From positions 17,486,502 to 17,550,501 of the forward strand of contig CM119268.1 in the NCBI GenBank assembly GCA_051294375.1: a stretch of 64,000 bases of DNA, written 5' to 3'. The translations under genes and the position numbers were made by a program. How positions within the stretch are numbered: position 1 is the stretch's first letter; every line of letters begins with the position of its first letter. The stretch is from Paraspadella gotoi (taxonomy: Eukaryota > Animalia > Chaetognatha). Under the pieces are notes generated by a model. It was not told where the DNA came from, made no database searches, and saw nothing but the letters and a program-made list of their open reading frames with translations. Below, piece after piece: positions 12,091 to 23,765 of the stretch.

Positions 12091-14207
12091 GGTGCGACTT
12101 GTTTCTTATTCTTAAACGAGCGATATAAAATATTTAACCGTAAAATGAGTTGGTGATTTTTTAAATAATATGGTACAGATCCTTTTAAAAATTAAAAAAA
12201 ATAAAGAAAAGTCTTGTCGACTAAAGAGTTTATTGTTTGGTCTTTTTTCTCTTGGCGGGCTTTTTCATTTCTTCCTCTTCCTCCTCCTCCTCGTCTTCCT
12301 CTTCCTCCTCGTTTTTCCTCCTCTATTTCTAGTTCTCCGTCCTTTTCGTCAGAGTCTTTCGTTTCGTTCATCGAAAAATCTTTAAAAAAAAAATTATTAA
12401 ATAATCAATAAATTATAATTAATGAAATAGGTTGATGTGACATAAAGTAATGAAATAGGTGTTTATTTTTCTTTTTCTATAACGCAGTTTTGACTGTTAA
12501 CTTACGTAGAACAATCCTAATTCCAACTCTTTATATCTCCTTCCCAACTAGTCCCAATTAGACCTTTCCTAGTTCCCTTATTTACTACTTTTCTCATATA
12601 ATGATAAATGGCTCTCTTTTATTTACCATCTACCTTTCTCAATACTGTTTCTGCTATGTTAATATCTTTTTAGTGTGATTGAGCCTTTAACCACCATAAC
12701 CCGTCAGAAGTCTTGGGCAAGATAGTATATTTATTGTATGAATAGATAATTTTTTTGGTTGTACCAATATCATAATACTTTTCTTTGACCTTTCTTGATC
12801 AATGCCTCTCTTCTCGCCATCCCTTCTCTCCCGCCTTACCTACGTCCTTCCTCGTCTCGCAAAGCTGCGAGCCAACGAGATGACGGGCCTGACCTGCGAT
12901 CAGTGGAACGTGACCTGGTAAGGATCGGGGTAGTCGGGGTCGGGAGCCCGAAGGTGAGGCCGATGAAGCTCTGATCGTTGCGGCCGGGGTGAGGCTGAGG
13001 AGGGGTGACTTGATCTCAGCGTCGTCGAACCCTGGGCCTTTACCTTGGAGGGCAAGGNNNNNNNNNNNNNNNNNNNNNNNNNCCCCCTCACCTTCGGCGA
13101 AATGAAAATGCCGCTGCCGATGATGACGCCGATGATGACCGACACGGCGTTGAATAGGCCAAGCGTCGGCTTCAGCCCGACCTTGGACGCCAGAATCGTG
13201 GACAACAACGACCCCGTCTTTCCTTCGCCCATGGTGCGACTTGTTTCTTATTCTTAAACGAGCGATATAAAATATTTAACCGTAAAATGAGTTGGTGATT
13301 TTTTTAAAATAAATATGGTACAGATCCTTTTAAAAATTAAATAAAAATAAAGAAAAGTCTTGTCGACTAAAGAGTTTATTGTTTGGTCTTTTTTCTCTTG
13401 GCGGGCTTTTTCATTTCTTCCTCTTCCTCCTCCTCCTCGTCTTCCTCTTCCTCCTCGTTTTCCTCCTCTATTTCCTCCAGTTCTCCGTCCTCTTCGTCAG
13501 AGTCTTTCGTTTCGTTCATCGAAAAATCTTTAAAAAAAAAATTATTAAATAATCAATAAATTATAATTAATGAAATAGGTTGATGTGACATTAAAGTAAT
13601 GAAATAGGTGTTTATTTTCTCTTTTCTATAACGCAGTTTTGACTGTTAACTTACGTAGAACAATCCTAATTCCAACTCTTTATATCTCCTTCCCAACTAG
13701 TCCCAATTAGACCTTTCCTAGTTCCCTTATTTGCTTACTTTCTCATATAATGATAAATGGCTCTTCTTTATTTACTATCTACCTTTCTCATATACTGTTG
13801 TCTGCTATGTTAATATCTTTTTAGTGTGATTGAGCCTTTAACCACCATAACCCGTCAAAGTCTTGGGCAAGATAGTATATTTATTGTATGAATAGATAAT
13901 TTTATATTGGTTGTACCAATATCATAATACTTTTCTTTGACCTTTCTTGATCAATGCCTCTCTTCTCGCCATCCCTCTCTCCCGCCTTACCTACGTCCTT
14001 CCTCGTCTCGCAAAGCTGCGAGCCAACGAGATGCACGGGCCTGACCTGCGATCAGTGGAACGTGACCTGGTAAGGATCGGGGTAGTCGGGTCGGGAGCCC
14101 GAAGGTGAGGCCGATGAAGCTCTGATCGTTGCGGCCGGGGTGAGGCTGAGGAGGGGTGACTTGATCTCAGCGTCGTCGAACCCTGGGCCTTTACCTTGGA
14201 GGCAAGG
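11943..14207. repeat. About 1.1-kb direct duplication across the 25-N gap (11943-13057 repeated at 13083-14207)
   Basis: Near-identical sequence on both sides of gap 13058-13082, differing mainly by small indels. It duplicates SLC7 exon 1 and nucleoplasmin-like exons 3-4. Most likely an unmerged contig overlap. Confidence 0.9.
12651..12775 (+). mobile_element. Diverged truncated copy of the HINE-like repeat (also at 13802-13927 and mirrored at 19494-19617)
   Basis: ctgctatgtt...gagcctttaaccacc...gggcaagatag...attgtatgaatagataatt...ttggttgtaccaatatcat. Confidence 0.6.
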
Positions 14208-15679
14208 GCGGCGGAGAGTCGCCAAAAATAATTGTTCTCGTTATCAATAAAATAAACAATGCAAAAACAAACAAACCAGCGTTATTCACATGCTTCAAAT
14301 AAGTATAATTATAGATCTATTAAGAATACAGTGTATACAAATCAAACGAGATAATTACCGCAGCAACCGTAATTCTCGACTACGGTTTCTTTCTTTCGGT
14401 TTCGCCTCCATTCCTAATTAATCCTCTTTGCAAACCAGAGTAAACGTTGACTTGTCCTATACTCTTCGTCGTCCGGTCCTAAGGGGGGGGCTGTGAATAT
14501 TACCTTAAGGGGACCCAGTGATAAAAATGATATCATAAGCTTAAGGGTCTATCATCAAAGGAATTTGAATGGTAATAGTCATTAATTTTATTTGCACGGG
14601 AAAGTGGCTAAAAAATTCCTATCTCTTATTGTAGCGGAAACAAAAATTTAATAATTATGAAAAAAAATTTAGTTGATCCCACCTAAATATATATATGATC
14701 TATTATTTAATTTTTGCATTCGAAAGTATTTTTTACTAAATTCCAAATTTTTAGTTTTTATTGTACAAAGCTACAATTTTAGGTTTAAACCTCATTGAAC
14801 AAAGGCTTTATAAGACTAATATTTTTTTATTTTTTATATTCACTTCAAAGCATAAAAATCAAACCTAAATTCTATTCTTACAGAAACAAAACTGTAATAA
14901 CTATTAATTAATATTCATATTTATCCCTTAAACGTATTATTAAATTATATTTATTCCTAATTATAATAATTAAAAATTTAGCAAAAGTACAGAACCTTTT
15001 TCTTTTTTTTATATTTATATTACTTCTAAGGGTTTTATTTTTATCCAATTAACAGAATCCTTTAAAAAGAAGTTTAAATAAAATCAGTCGATACCTTAAA
15101 TTTTGATTCATTCCAAATTTTTTTTGTTATAAATTTTTGTTATAAAAGCTAAAAAATCTTTTTAAAATTAGATCTTACCCTTTTTTAAAAAAAAAATTTA
15201 AAATTGAAAAGATTTTCTTCTTACCGATTTTAAAGAAAATTAAGCTAGCTGATTATATCGAATTTTTAAAACTACTTTCCCAAATGATTATAGAAAAAAG
15301 AATCATATAGTCAGAAACAGCTTAAGTTAAAGGGTCAAACGTTATGCTTTCAGCTTTCTACCCCCCCTGGTCACTTGGTCCCCTTAAACCACATAAAATT
15401 TGAAATTTAATAAGTAACGAGAAAAGTAGAGAAAAAGGCTTAATTTTGAGGCTAAAATTCTCGGGAGTTATTGCTTGAAAAAGAAAAAAAAATACACAAA
15501 GCTCAAAAGCGTTATTTTATTGTCATTGAAAATAGAAAGTCCCAAAAATCTCACGTCTGGGCTCCAAACGAATTCGGGCTTGGCTTTAGTCAAGGGAAGT
15601 TTTCCTGGACGTGATGAAAGTGGCCGCCCGGCATACGAGCTAAAGAGGCCACGGAGTTGTTGAGCACGGACAGGGACAT
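13376..15679 (-). CDS. Nucleoplasmin-like histone chaperone (NPM/NLP family), 4 coding exons
   Basis: Consensus of this copy and its mirror. Exon 15679-15555: MSLSVLNNSVASLARMPGGHFHHVQENF..TLTKAKPEFVWSPD. Exon 14478-14375: GPDDEEY...LLGMEAKPKERNVVE. Exon 14194-13991: VKAQGFDDAEIKSPLLSLTLGRNDQSFIGLTFG..DPYQVTFRLIAGSGPVHLVGSQ. Exon 13527-13376: DFSMNETKDSDEEDGELEEIEEENEEEEEDEEEEEEEEMKKPAKRKKTKQ*. This matches the nucleoplasmin core (LGxxAK..NVVE, VTFRLxxGSGPV), the acidic tract and a basic NLS. Several indels need correction. Confidence 0.88.
14509..15383. mobile_element. 875-bp non-autonomous DNA transposon, Kolobok-like, in nucleoplasmin-like intron 1
   Basis: TTAA (14505-14508)|GGGGACCCAGTGA ... 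TCACTTGGTCCCC|TTAA (15384-15387). 13-bp TIR with 1 mismatch, TTAA target duplication, purine (GG) termini and an AT-rich non-coding interior. Confidence 0.75.
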
Positions 15680-17710
15680 GACTGTGTGGGTAAGGTCAAG
15701 GCTGGCGGGAAAAAATGAGTGTTCAATTCAAAGAGTAATTTCAAAAAAATATTTTTTTTTATTTTGTCAATGGCAATGGCAATGGCAAGTTCAATAGCAT
15801 TTAATATTACTACTTGTATTTTTATCTCATAATCATCAATGAGCCAAAATTATTCGAAAAATCTCATAAATGTTTAGCAAAGTTGCTTTACTTTAAAATT
15901 AAAACTACCACTACTTTCGTGGTTAATTTTAAATGTTTACTTTAGTTTTGTTGACAAAACAACGACTCAAGGTTTACGAATGTAGTTGCTGATATAAAGG
16001 GATTGAAAGTATTAGAGACTCAGATACCCATTTGGTTCCCGGATGACCGTACTAAATTTTGGTCTTTCTATCCGGAATTTATAATATCTTGATTTTTTTT
16101 ACATTTAAAAACAGAAGACGAAAAGTTGTAAAAACCTTTTAAAATTAAAAAAATTGTCGCTATCAACTTTCATAATTAATTGTGGAAGTAAGTATTAAGT
16201 ATTAGTAGTAATATCTGTTTCTTGTTACTTGTTACTTCGAATAGTACAATCGGAACTCGATGTCCAAGGCATTTATTTTCTAAAACGCAGCCAGTTGTGA
16301 AAAAATATAAAGAGAGAAAAAATATTAAATGAAACTGTTTTTAAAAATTCCCGAGAAAAAGTTAAATTTTTCTTTTTTATATAAATAATACTATCAAAAC
16401 TTGCGTATCGGGGAAAAAATATAAACGGTAATAATATACTCTCGCAAATATGAGCTAAGAAAGAGACGAATGAATGGACCATGGATTCGAAATGATCCCG
16501 TTTTTTTTTCTCCACGGAGAAAAAGGAAAAAAAATGGGGAAACGGGATCTTGGAGCTATATCGGGTGTTTGGAGTCTGACTGCCGAACTTGGCGACCTTT
16601 ATTGTAACCCGCTCGTAACTTATGAGGCAAAAAGAAAATGNNNNNNNNNNNNNNNNNNNNNNNNNCTTTACCTCTCTCTCCTCTTCCTCCCCTCCGCTCC
16701 TTCCCCTTCCCCTTCACCCTCCCTTCCCCGTCCCTTCACCTACTTCGGCCTCCCCTGCCACCTCTCTTCTCCCGTTCCGTCCATTTTCTTTTTGCCTCAT
16801 AAGTTACGAGCGGGTTTACAATAAAGGTCGCCAAGTTCGGCAGTCAGACTCCAAACACCGATATAGCTCCAAGATCCCGTTTCCCATTTTTTTTCCTTTT
16901 TCTCCGTGGAGAGGAAAAAAACGGGATCATTTCGAATCATGGTCCATTCATTCGTCTCTCTTAGCTCATAATTTGCGAGAGTAATTATTCCGTTTATATG
17001 TTTTCCCGATACGCAAGTTTGATAGTATTATTTATATAAAAAGAAAAATTTAACTTTTTCTCGGGAATTTTTTAAAAACAGTTTCATTTAATATTTTTTC
17101 TCTCTTTTATTTTTTCACAACTGGCTGCGTTTTAGAAATTAAATGCTTGACATCGGAGTTCCGATTGTACTATTCGAAGTAACAAGTAACAAGAAACAGA
17201 TATTACTACTAATACTTAACTTACTTCCACATAATTATGAAAGTTGATAGCGACATTTTTTAATTTAAAAGGTTTTTACAAACTTTTTCGTCTTCTGTTT
17301 TTTAAATGTATAAAAAAATCAAGATATTGATAAATTCACGGATAGAAGACCAAAATTTAGTAACGTCATCCGGGGAACCAATGGGTATCTGAGTCTCTAA
17401 TACTTTTCAATCCCTTTATATCAGAATATATTCGTAAACCTTGAGCTCGTTGTTTTGTCAAAAACAAGTACATTTTAAATTAACAGAAGTATGAGTTATT
17501 AAGAGCAACTTTCTAAACTTTATGGAGATTTTTCGAATAATTTTGGCTCATTGATGATTAGAGAAAATAATACAAGTAGTAATATAAATGCTACTTGGAT
17601 TCCATGCCAGCATTGCCTATTGACAATAAAAAACAATATTTTTTTGCAATTACCCTTTCGAATTAAACCTCTTTTTTCTTCCGCCAGCCCTTGACCTTAC
17701 CCACACAGTC

Positions 17711-20041
17711 ATGTCCTTCCGTGCTCAACAACTCCGTGGCTCTTTAAGCTCGTCCATGCCCGGGCGGCCACTTTCATCACTCCAGGATAAACTTCCTGGG
17801 GCGGACCTTGACTAAAGCCAAGGCCCGATTCGTTTGGAGCCCAGAACGTGAGAATTTTTTGGGGACTTTCTTGTTCTCTATTTTCAATGACATAAAATAA
17901 CGCTTTTGAGCTTTGTGTATTTTTTTTTCTTTTTCAAGAATTAACTCCCGAGAATTTTAGCCATCAAAATTAAGCCTTTTCTCTACTTTTTCTCCGTCAC
18001 TTATAAATATCAAATTTATGTGGTTTAAGGGGACCAAGTGACCAGGGGGGGTAGAAAGCTGAAAGCATAACGTTTGACCCTTTAACTTAAGCTGTTTCTG
18101 ACTATATGATTCTTTTTTCTATAATCATTTGGGAAAGTAGTTTTAAAAATTCGATATAATCAGCTAGCTTAATTTTCTTTAAAATCGGTAAGAAGAAAAT
18201 CTTTTCAATTTTAAATTTTTTTTTTAAAAAAGGGTAAGATCTAATTTTAAAAAGATTTTTTAGCTTTTATAACAAAAATTTATAACAAAAAAAATTTGGA
18301 ATGAATCAAAATTTAAGGTATCGACTGATTTTATTTAAACTTCTTTTTAAAGGATTCTGTTAATTGGATAAAAATAAAACCCTTAGAAGTAATATAAATA
18401 TAAAAAAAAGAAAAAGGTTCTGTACTTTTGCTAAATTTTTAATTATTATAATTAGGAATAAATATAATTTAATAATACGTTTAAGGGATAAATATGAATA
18501 TTAATTAATAGTTATTACAGTTTTGTTTCTGTAAGAATAGAATTTAGGTTTGATTTTTATGCTTTGAAGTGAATATAAAAAATAAAAAAATATTAGTCTT
18601 ATAAAGCCTTTGTTCAATGAGGTTTAAACCTAAAATTGTAGCTTTGTACAATAAAAACTAAAAATTTGGAATTTAGTAAAAAATACTTTCGAATGCAAAA
18701 ATTAAATAATAGATCATATATATATTTAGGTGGGATCAACTAAATTTTTTTTCATAATTATTAAATTTTTGTTTCCGCTACAATAAGAGATAGGAATTTT
18801 TTAGCCACTTTCCCGTGCAAATAAAATTAATGACTATTACCATTCAAATTCCTTTGATGATAGACCCTTAAGCTTATGATATCATTTTTATCACTGGGTC
18901 CCCTTAAGGTAATATTCACCGCCCCCCCCCTTAGGCACCGGACGACGAAGGTATAGGAAGTCAACGCTTTACTCTGGTTTTGCAAAGAGGATTATTAGGA
19001 ATGGAGGCGAAACGAAAGAAAGAAACGTAGTCGAGGTAAGTTAACGGTTGCTGAGGTAATTATTCGCTTGATTTGTATACACTGTATTCTTAATAGATCT
19101 ATAATATATACTTATTTGAAGCATGTGAATAACGCTGGTTTGTTTGTTTTTGCATTGTTTATTTTATTGATAACGAGAACAATTATTTTTGGCGACTCTC
19201 CGCCGCCCTTGCCTCCAAGGTAAAGGCCCAGGGTTCGACGACGCTGAGATCAAGTCACCCCTCCTCAGCCTCACCCTCGGCCGCAACGATCAGAGCTTCA
19301 TCGGCCTCACCTTCGGGCTCCCGACCCCGACTACCCCGATCCTTACCAGGTCACGTTCCGACTGATCGCAGGGTCAGGCCCGTGCATCTCGTTGGCTCGC
19401 AGCTTTGCGAGACGAGGAAGGACGTAGGTAAGGCGGGAGAGAAAGGGATGGCGAGAAGAGAGGCATTGATCAAGAAAGGTCAAAGAAAAGTATTATGATA
19501 TTGGTACAACCAATATAAAATTATCTATTCATACAATAAATATACTATCTTGCCCAAGACTTTGCACGGTTATGGTGGTTAAAGGTCTCAATCACACTAA
19601 AAGATATTAACATAGCAGAAACAGTATATGAGAAAGGTAGATGGTAAATAAAGAAGAGCCATTTATCATTATATGAGAAAAGTAGCTAAATAAGGAACTA
19701 GGAAAGGTCTAATTGGGACTAGTTGGGAAGGAGATATAAAGAGTTGGAATTAGGATTGTTCTACGGTAAGTTAACAGTCAAAACTGCGTTATAGAAAAAG
19801 AAAAAATAAACACCTATTTCATTACTTTGTCACATCAACCTATTTCATTAATTATAATTTATTGATTATTTAATAATTTTTTTTTTAAAGATTTTTTCGA
19901 TGAACGAAACGAAAGACTCTGACGAAGAGGACGGAGAACTGAGAAATAGAGGAGGAAAACGAGGAGGAAGAGGAAGACGAGGAGGAGGAGGAAGAGGAAG
20001 AAATGAAAAAGCCCGCCAAGAGAAAAAAGACCAAACAATAA
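17711..20041 (+). CDS. Mirror copy of the nucleoplasmin-like gene (inverted arm; may be artefactual)
   Basis: Same four exons on the plus strand. It retains AAC GTA GTC GAG|gtaagt and GTC ACG TTC CGA CTG ATC GCA GGG TCA GGC, and contains different indels from the minus copy. Confidence 0.6.
18029..18903. mobile_element. Mirror copy of the Kolobok-like element
   Basis: TTAA|GGGGACCAAGTGA...TCACTGGGTCCCC|TTAA, 875 bp. Confidence 0.7.
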
Positions 20042-20178
20042 ACTCTTTAGTCGACAAGACTTTTCTTTATTTTTATTAATTTTTAAAAGGATCTGTACCA
20101 TATTGATTTAATCACCAACTCATTTTACGGTTTAAATATTTTATATCGCTCGTTTAAGAATAAGAAACAAGTCGCACC

Positions 20179-20756
20179 ATGGGCGAAGGAAAGACGGGGT
20201 CGTTGTTGTCCACGATTTCTGGCGTCCAAGGTCGGGCTGAAGCCGACGCTTGGCCTATTCAACGCCGTGTCGGTCATCATCGGCGTCATCATCGGCAGCG
20301 GCATTTTCATTTCGCCGAAGGTGAGGGGGGGATTGGGGTGAGGCGGGTTTGGGATTGGGTGAGGCGAGTTTTGGGATTGGGGTGAGGCGGGTTTGGAGAT
20401 TGGGGTAAGGCGGGTTTGGAGAGAGGCGAGTTTGGGGATTGGGGTTAGGCGGGTTGGGGATTTTGATAACGGGGATTTGGGTGAGGCGGTAAGTTAAAAA
20501 GAAAGCGGATATTAAATTGACCCGATTGTTAATTTAATCAAGTAAGTAAAGATTGTACTTGTTTAACTTATTACTCAACTTCTCCACCCATCGTCCCGCC
20601 TCTTCCGCTGCTCATCCCCATTCTCTACATTGCCTCCTCTCTCTCTCTCTCTCTCTCTCCCTCCCTCCAGGGCGTCCTCATCCACGGTGGTTCAGTCGGG
20701 ATTTCCTGATCGTGTGGTGCACCTCTGGCGCCGTCGCTCTCGTCGGCGGACTCTGC
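20179..20756 (+). pseudogene. Truncated mirror copy of SLC7 (exon 1 and first part of exon 2)
   Basis: MGEGKTGSLLSTI... with a frameshift, then exon 2 ending abruptly at ...ALVGGLC (20756), followed by unrelated sequence. Confidence 0.7.
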
Positions 20757-21025
20757 GAGTAAGGAGAGAAAAATGGAGGAAGTTGAGAGTGAGAAAGTGA
20801 GAAACGGGTTCGTTGTTGTTGTCGTTATTGTCGTTTTTATTGCAATTGCGAAGAATTTTAATTTTATATGTCATTTTTGTTTTTTCTTTCATTGTTAAAG
20901 TAATTCGTCAACAAATTTAAGACGGAAATCAATTCGTAGAATTAGGATACAATTCTTCTTTTTACCCAAATGATATTGCCCAGTTCATTACTCTTGATGT
21001 TCTCCGATAAGAATAAATAATGTTA

Positions 21026-21287
21026 TAATGAAATTGGTACAACCAATATAAAAATTAGCCATTCATTTAATAAATAAGCTATCTTGCCCCTGACTTTGGA
21101 CAGGCTTTGGTGGTTTAAGGCCTCCATCACTCTTACAAGATAATGACATAGCAGGTCCCTGCAAGCTTTCAATCAAGACTCTCTCACAGTCCCGTTTATT
21201 CACTCTCAGAGTACCTGGCTTCCCTATCAATGAAGTGGAAAATATTTCAAAGAATGTTTCAATTGTATGAAAAGACCACTCCCTTAA
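21026..21287 (-). mobile_element. About 260-bp dispersed repeat, Helentron/HINE-like, long copy
   Basis: Nearly identical to 62461-62722. It has an ATTGGT-N3-ACCAAT stem-loop near one end and ...cactcccttaa at the other. Confidence 0.65.
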
Positions 21288-22046
21288 GTATTAGATCGGG
21301 GAATACTTATTGTACTTAATGTACTTAATGTTATCGTTCTCGAAATGCAATAGAAATAATCCGGTAACCTTCTCGAGCTATAAAAAAATTTAGAATACTT
21401 TACCGCCACAGAAGGTAAAACGTAATTTTTGAAACTTGAAAGTGAATGAAAATACATACATTGCTGATGAAATCGCGTTGCCTTCAATATTTATATCAAG
21501 ACGTCAACATTTCAACGGCGAAAGCGTAACACAAATCGTTGAAATCCTTTGGCATCTCAGGAGCATTGCATCGCGTTGGTTCCATGAAAAGAAACGGCCC
21601 GACCGATACGATACATGTCCTATTGGTCCGATACGCGATTCGCGAAAGGTTTTGTGCAAAGAGAAACGAACTGCCAGACTGCGAGGAGGCATTCTTTAAA
21701 GTGCATTATATTCTGGTGTCTCGTTTTTAATTGATGAAAAAATGAAAACCATATATTTTCGATCGATGCATTATCCTATTTCCGTTTTTGCCATGTTCCC
21801 ATTTGCTAAGACACTTTCTTGCTCTTGTTTTGTTATATTTCCATCTGCCAAGGCTCTTTCCTATCTCTTTTTTTTAAATGTTCTCATCTGACATAGCCCG
21901 ACCCCATCTCTCTTTACGAAATGTTCCCATCTGCTAAGAGCTTTTTCCCGCCGCGTTTCTTTTCTCCGTCTCTTCAGTCGTCACCCCTTGTCCCAAGATA
22001 AGCATTCGCGGAGCGCTGGAAGAATTTTGATATACAACCCTATCTT

Positions 22047-22107
<61 letters not shown>

Positions 22108-22832
22108 GGATGTTGGCGCCCCCGTGTTGCACAGCTTTCTTCGGCTGAAGCTGAGAATGAGAAGAGAAAATTTGGGTAAGGGAAGGAGCGAGAGTGCGGG
22201 GGATGTTAGGCAATACTGGTGAGTCGAAGTAAGATAAAACTTGACAATAAAGATTTAGAGATTTAGAGGAAAACGCTATAAAGACTTAGACTGAACTAAA
22301 ACGGTTAAACTATAAACGGTCAGAATGAGATTCGGACAATGACCCGAGAAATTCGGGTCGGCTGCGCCCCCTTCCTCTCCAAACTGAGAAATGAGAACTC
22401 GGGGGGCGGGGGGAGGGGTGAGAACAAATATCGCGAGATGGAAGGGGCGAAAGGTCAAAAAGGTGAGGTAAGGTTCGGGTAAGAGTGTCGCTTAGATTTG
22501 GCATAAAATGAAGTTAAGATTTGGTCTTGGGCGAAGCAGATTTGGGGTCAGCTTCTCTCACGAAACCGAAATACGAGCCGAATGATAATTTTCTTTAAAG
22601 TTTTAATATGAATGGGAACAATGATTGTTTACAAATTCTTTCGATTTTGCGAGGTTTAGCTCAGTGAGCTCTCTTAGCGGAGAATTGAGCCGGAAGTTCG
22701 TAGTAGCTCGTTCAGTTTTGGCTGGAGCATAAAGTCCACCCGGCTGGAGCAATATTAGTGAGCCGCTGGATCGCTTGGAGCAAAAGAGGATACGCGAAAG
22801 CCGGGACGGATTCTCATCCTCGAGAGATTTCG

Positions 22833-22910
<78 letters not shown>

Positions 22911-23712
22911 GAAAACGGGCTCGGCTCGGCTTGAGGCCGCAAACAAAAGGCAGATTAAGAAGAAGAACGCGATGGAAAAACGGCGGCGTTATTTATTTCT
23001 TTTTTGGCGGCGGACGCCGGCGGAAGATGGCGCGCGAGCGGCAGACTCTACGGGAGGAAAAATAAAAGAGCGGAGAGATAAAGAGGAGGGGGAAGAGGGG
23101 AAATGGGAGGAGAGATAAAAGAGGAGGGAAAAGAAAGGGATGAGGGGAGAGAGAGAGATAAGGGGAGAAAGATAGAGAGGGGAGAGGGAGGAAAAAAGAG
23201 CGGGAGAGATAGAGGAGTGGAAAGAGAGAGAAGGGAAAGGGATGACGGGAGAAGGGAGGGAAAGAAAGGGAGGAAAAGAAAGGAAGGATAGAGAAGAAAG
23301 GAAGGGATAGGGATTAAGTGGAATGAGGAGAAGGGAGAGGGAAGTTGAATAAAAGAGTGGAAGGATAAAGAAGATGGGAAGAAAAAAGTAAGAAAAAAGG
23401 TGAGACGAGAGGAAACAAACAATGATGTGGATGAAGTGGAAGGCCGGAAGGGAGAGGGAGGGGACCTGAGGGAAAGGGCAAGGCAGAAAAAGACAGATGA
23501 GTAAGTTGGTTGAAGGAACCTCCCTTACGCAACGGAAAAATATGAAAGATGACGGAGAGGAGGGAGAGAAAGATGGAGAGGGAGTGACGCAGGCACGTGG
23601 GAGGAGGAATAGAGTAGAGAAAAACAGAGTGAGGATAATAGATGGAGGGAGAAAAGGGAGAGAGATAAAAATGCAGAAAAAGGTTGAGAGATAAGATAAC
23701 GGATATATACAA

Positions 23713-23765
<53 letters not shown>

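Larger units (their letters stand above)
11519..20756. repeat. Large inverted repeat centred on the 25-N gap 16641-16665 (right arm 16782-20756, about 4 kb)
   Basis: 16782-20756 is the reverse complement of 16640-13083 followed by 11950-11519, with scattered indels. Confidence 0.92.

Noticed and set aside
12900-13232. ORF apparently fusing the SLC7 N-terminus to nucleoplasmin-exon sequence
   Set aside because: It reads through a splice donor and an N gap at a duplicated contig overlap, so it is not a real fusion.
14509-15383. piggyBac assignment for the TTAA-flanked element
   Set aside because: The termini start GGGG rather than the CC(C/Y) typical of piggyBac.
21436-21730. Overlapping 60-90-aa ORFs in a GC-richer island
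   Set aside because: No recognisable motif or convincing splice boundaries in any frame.
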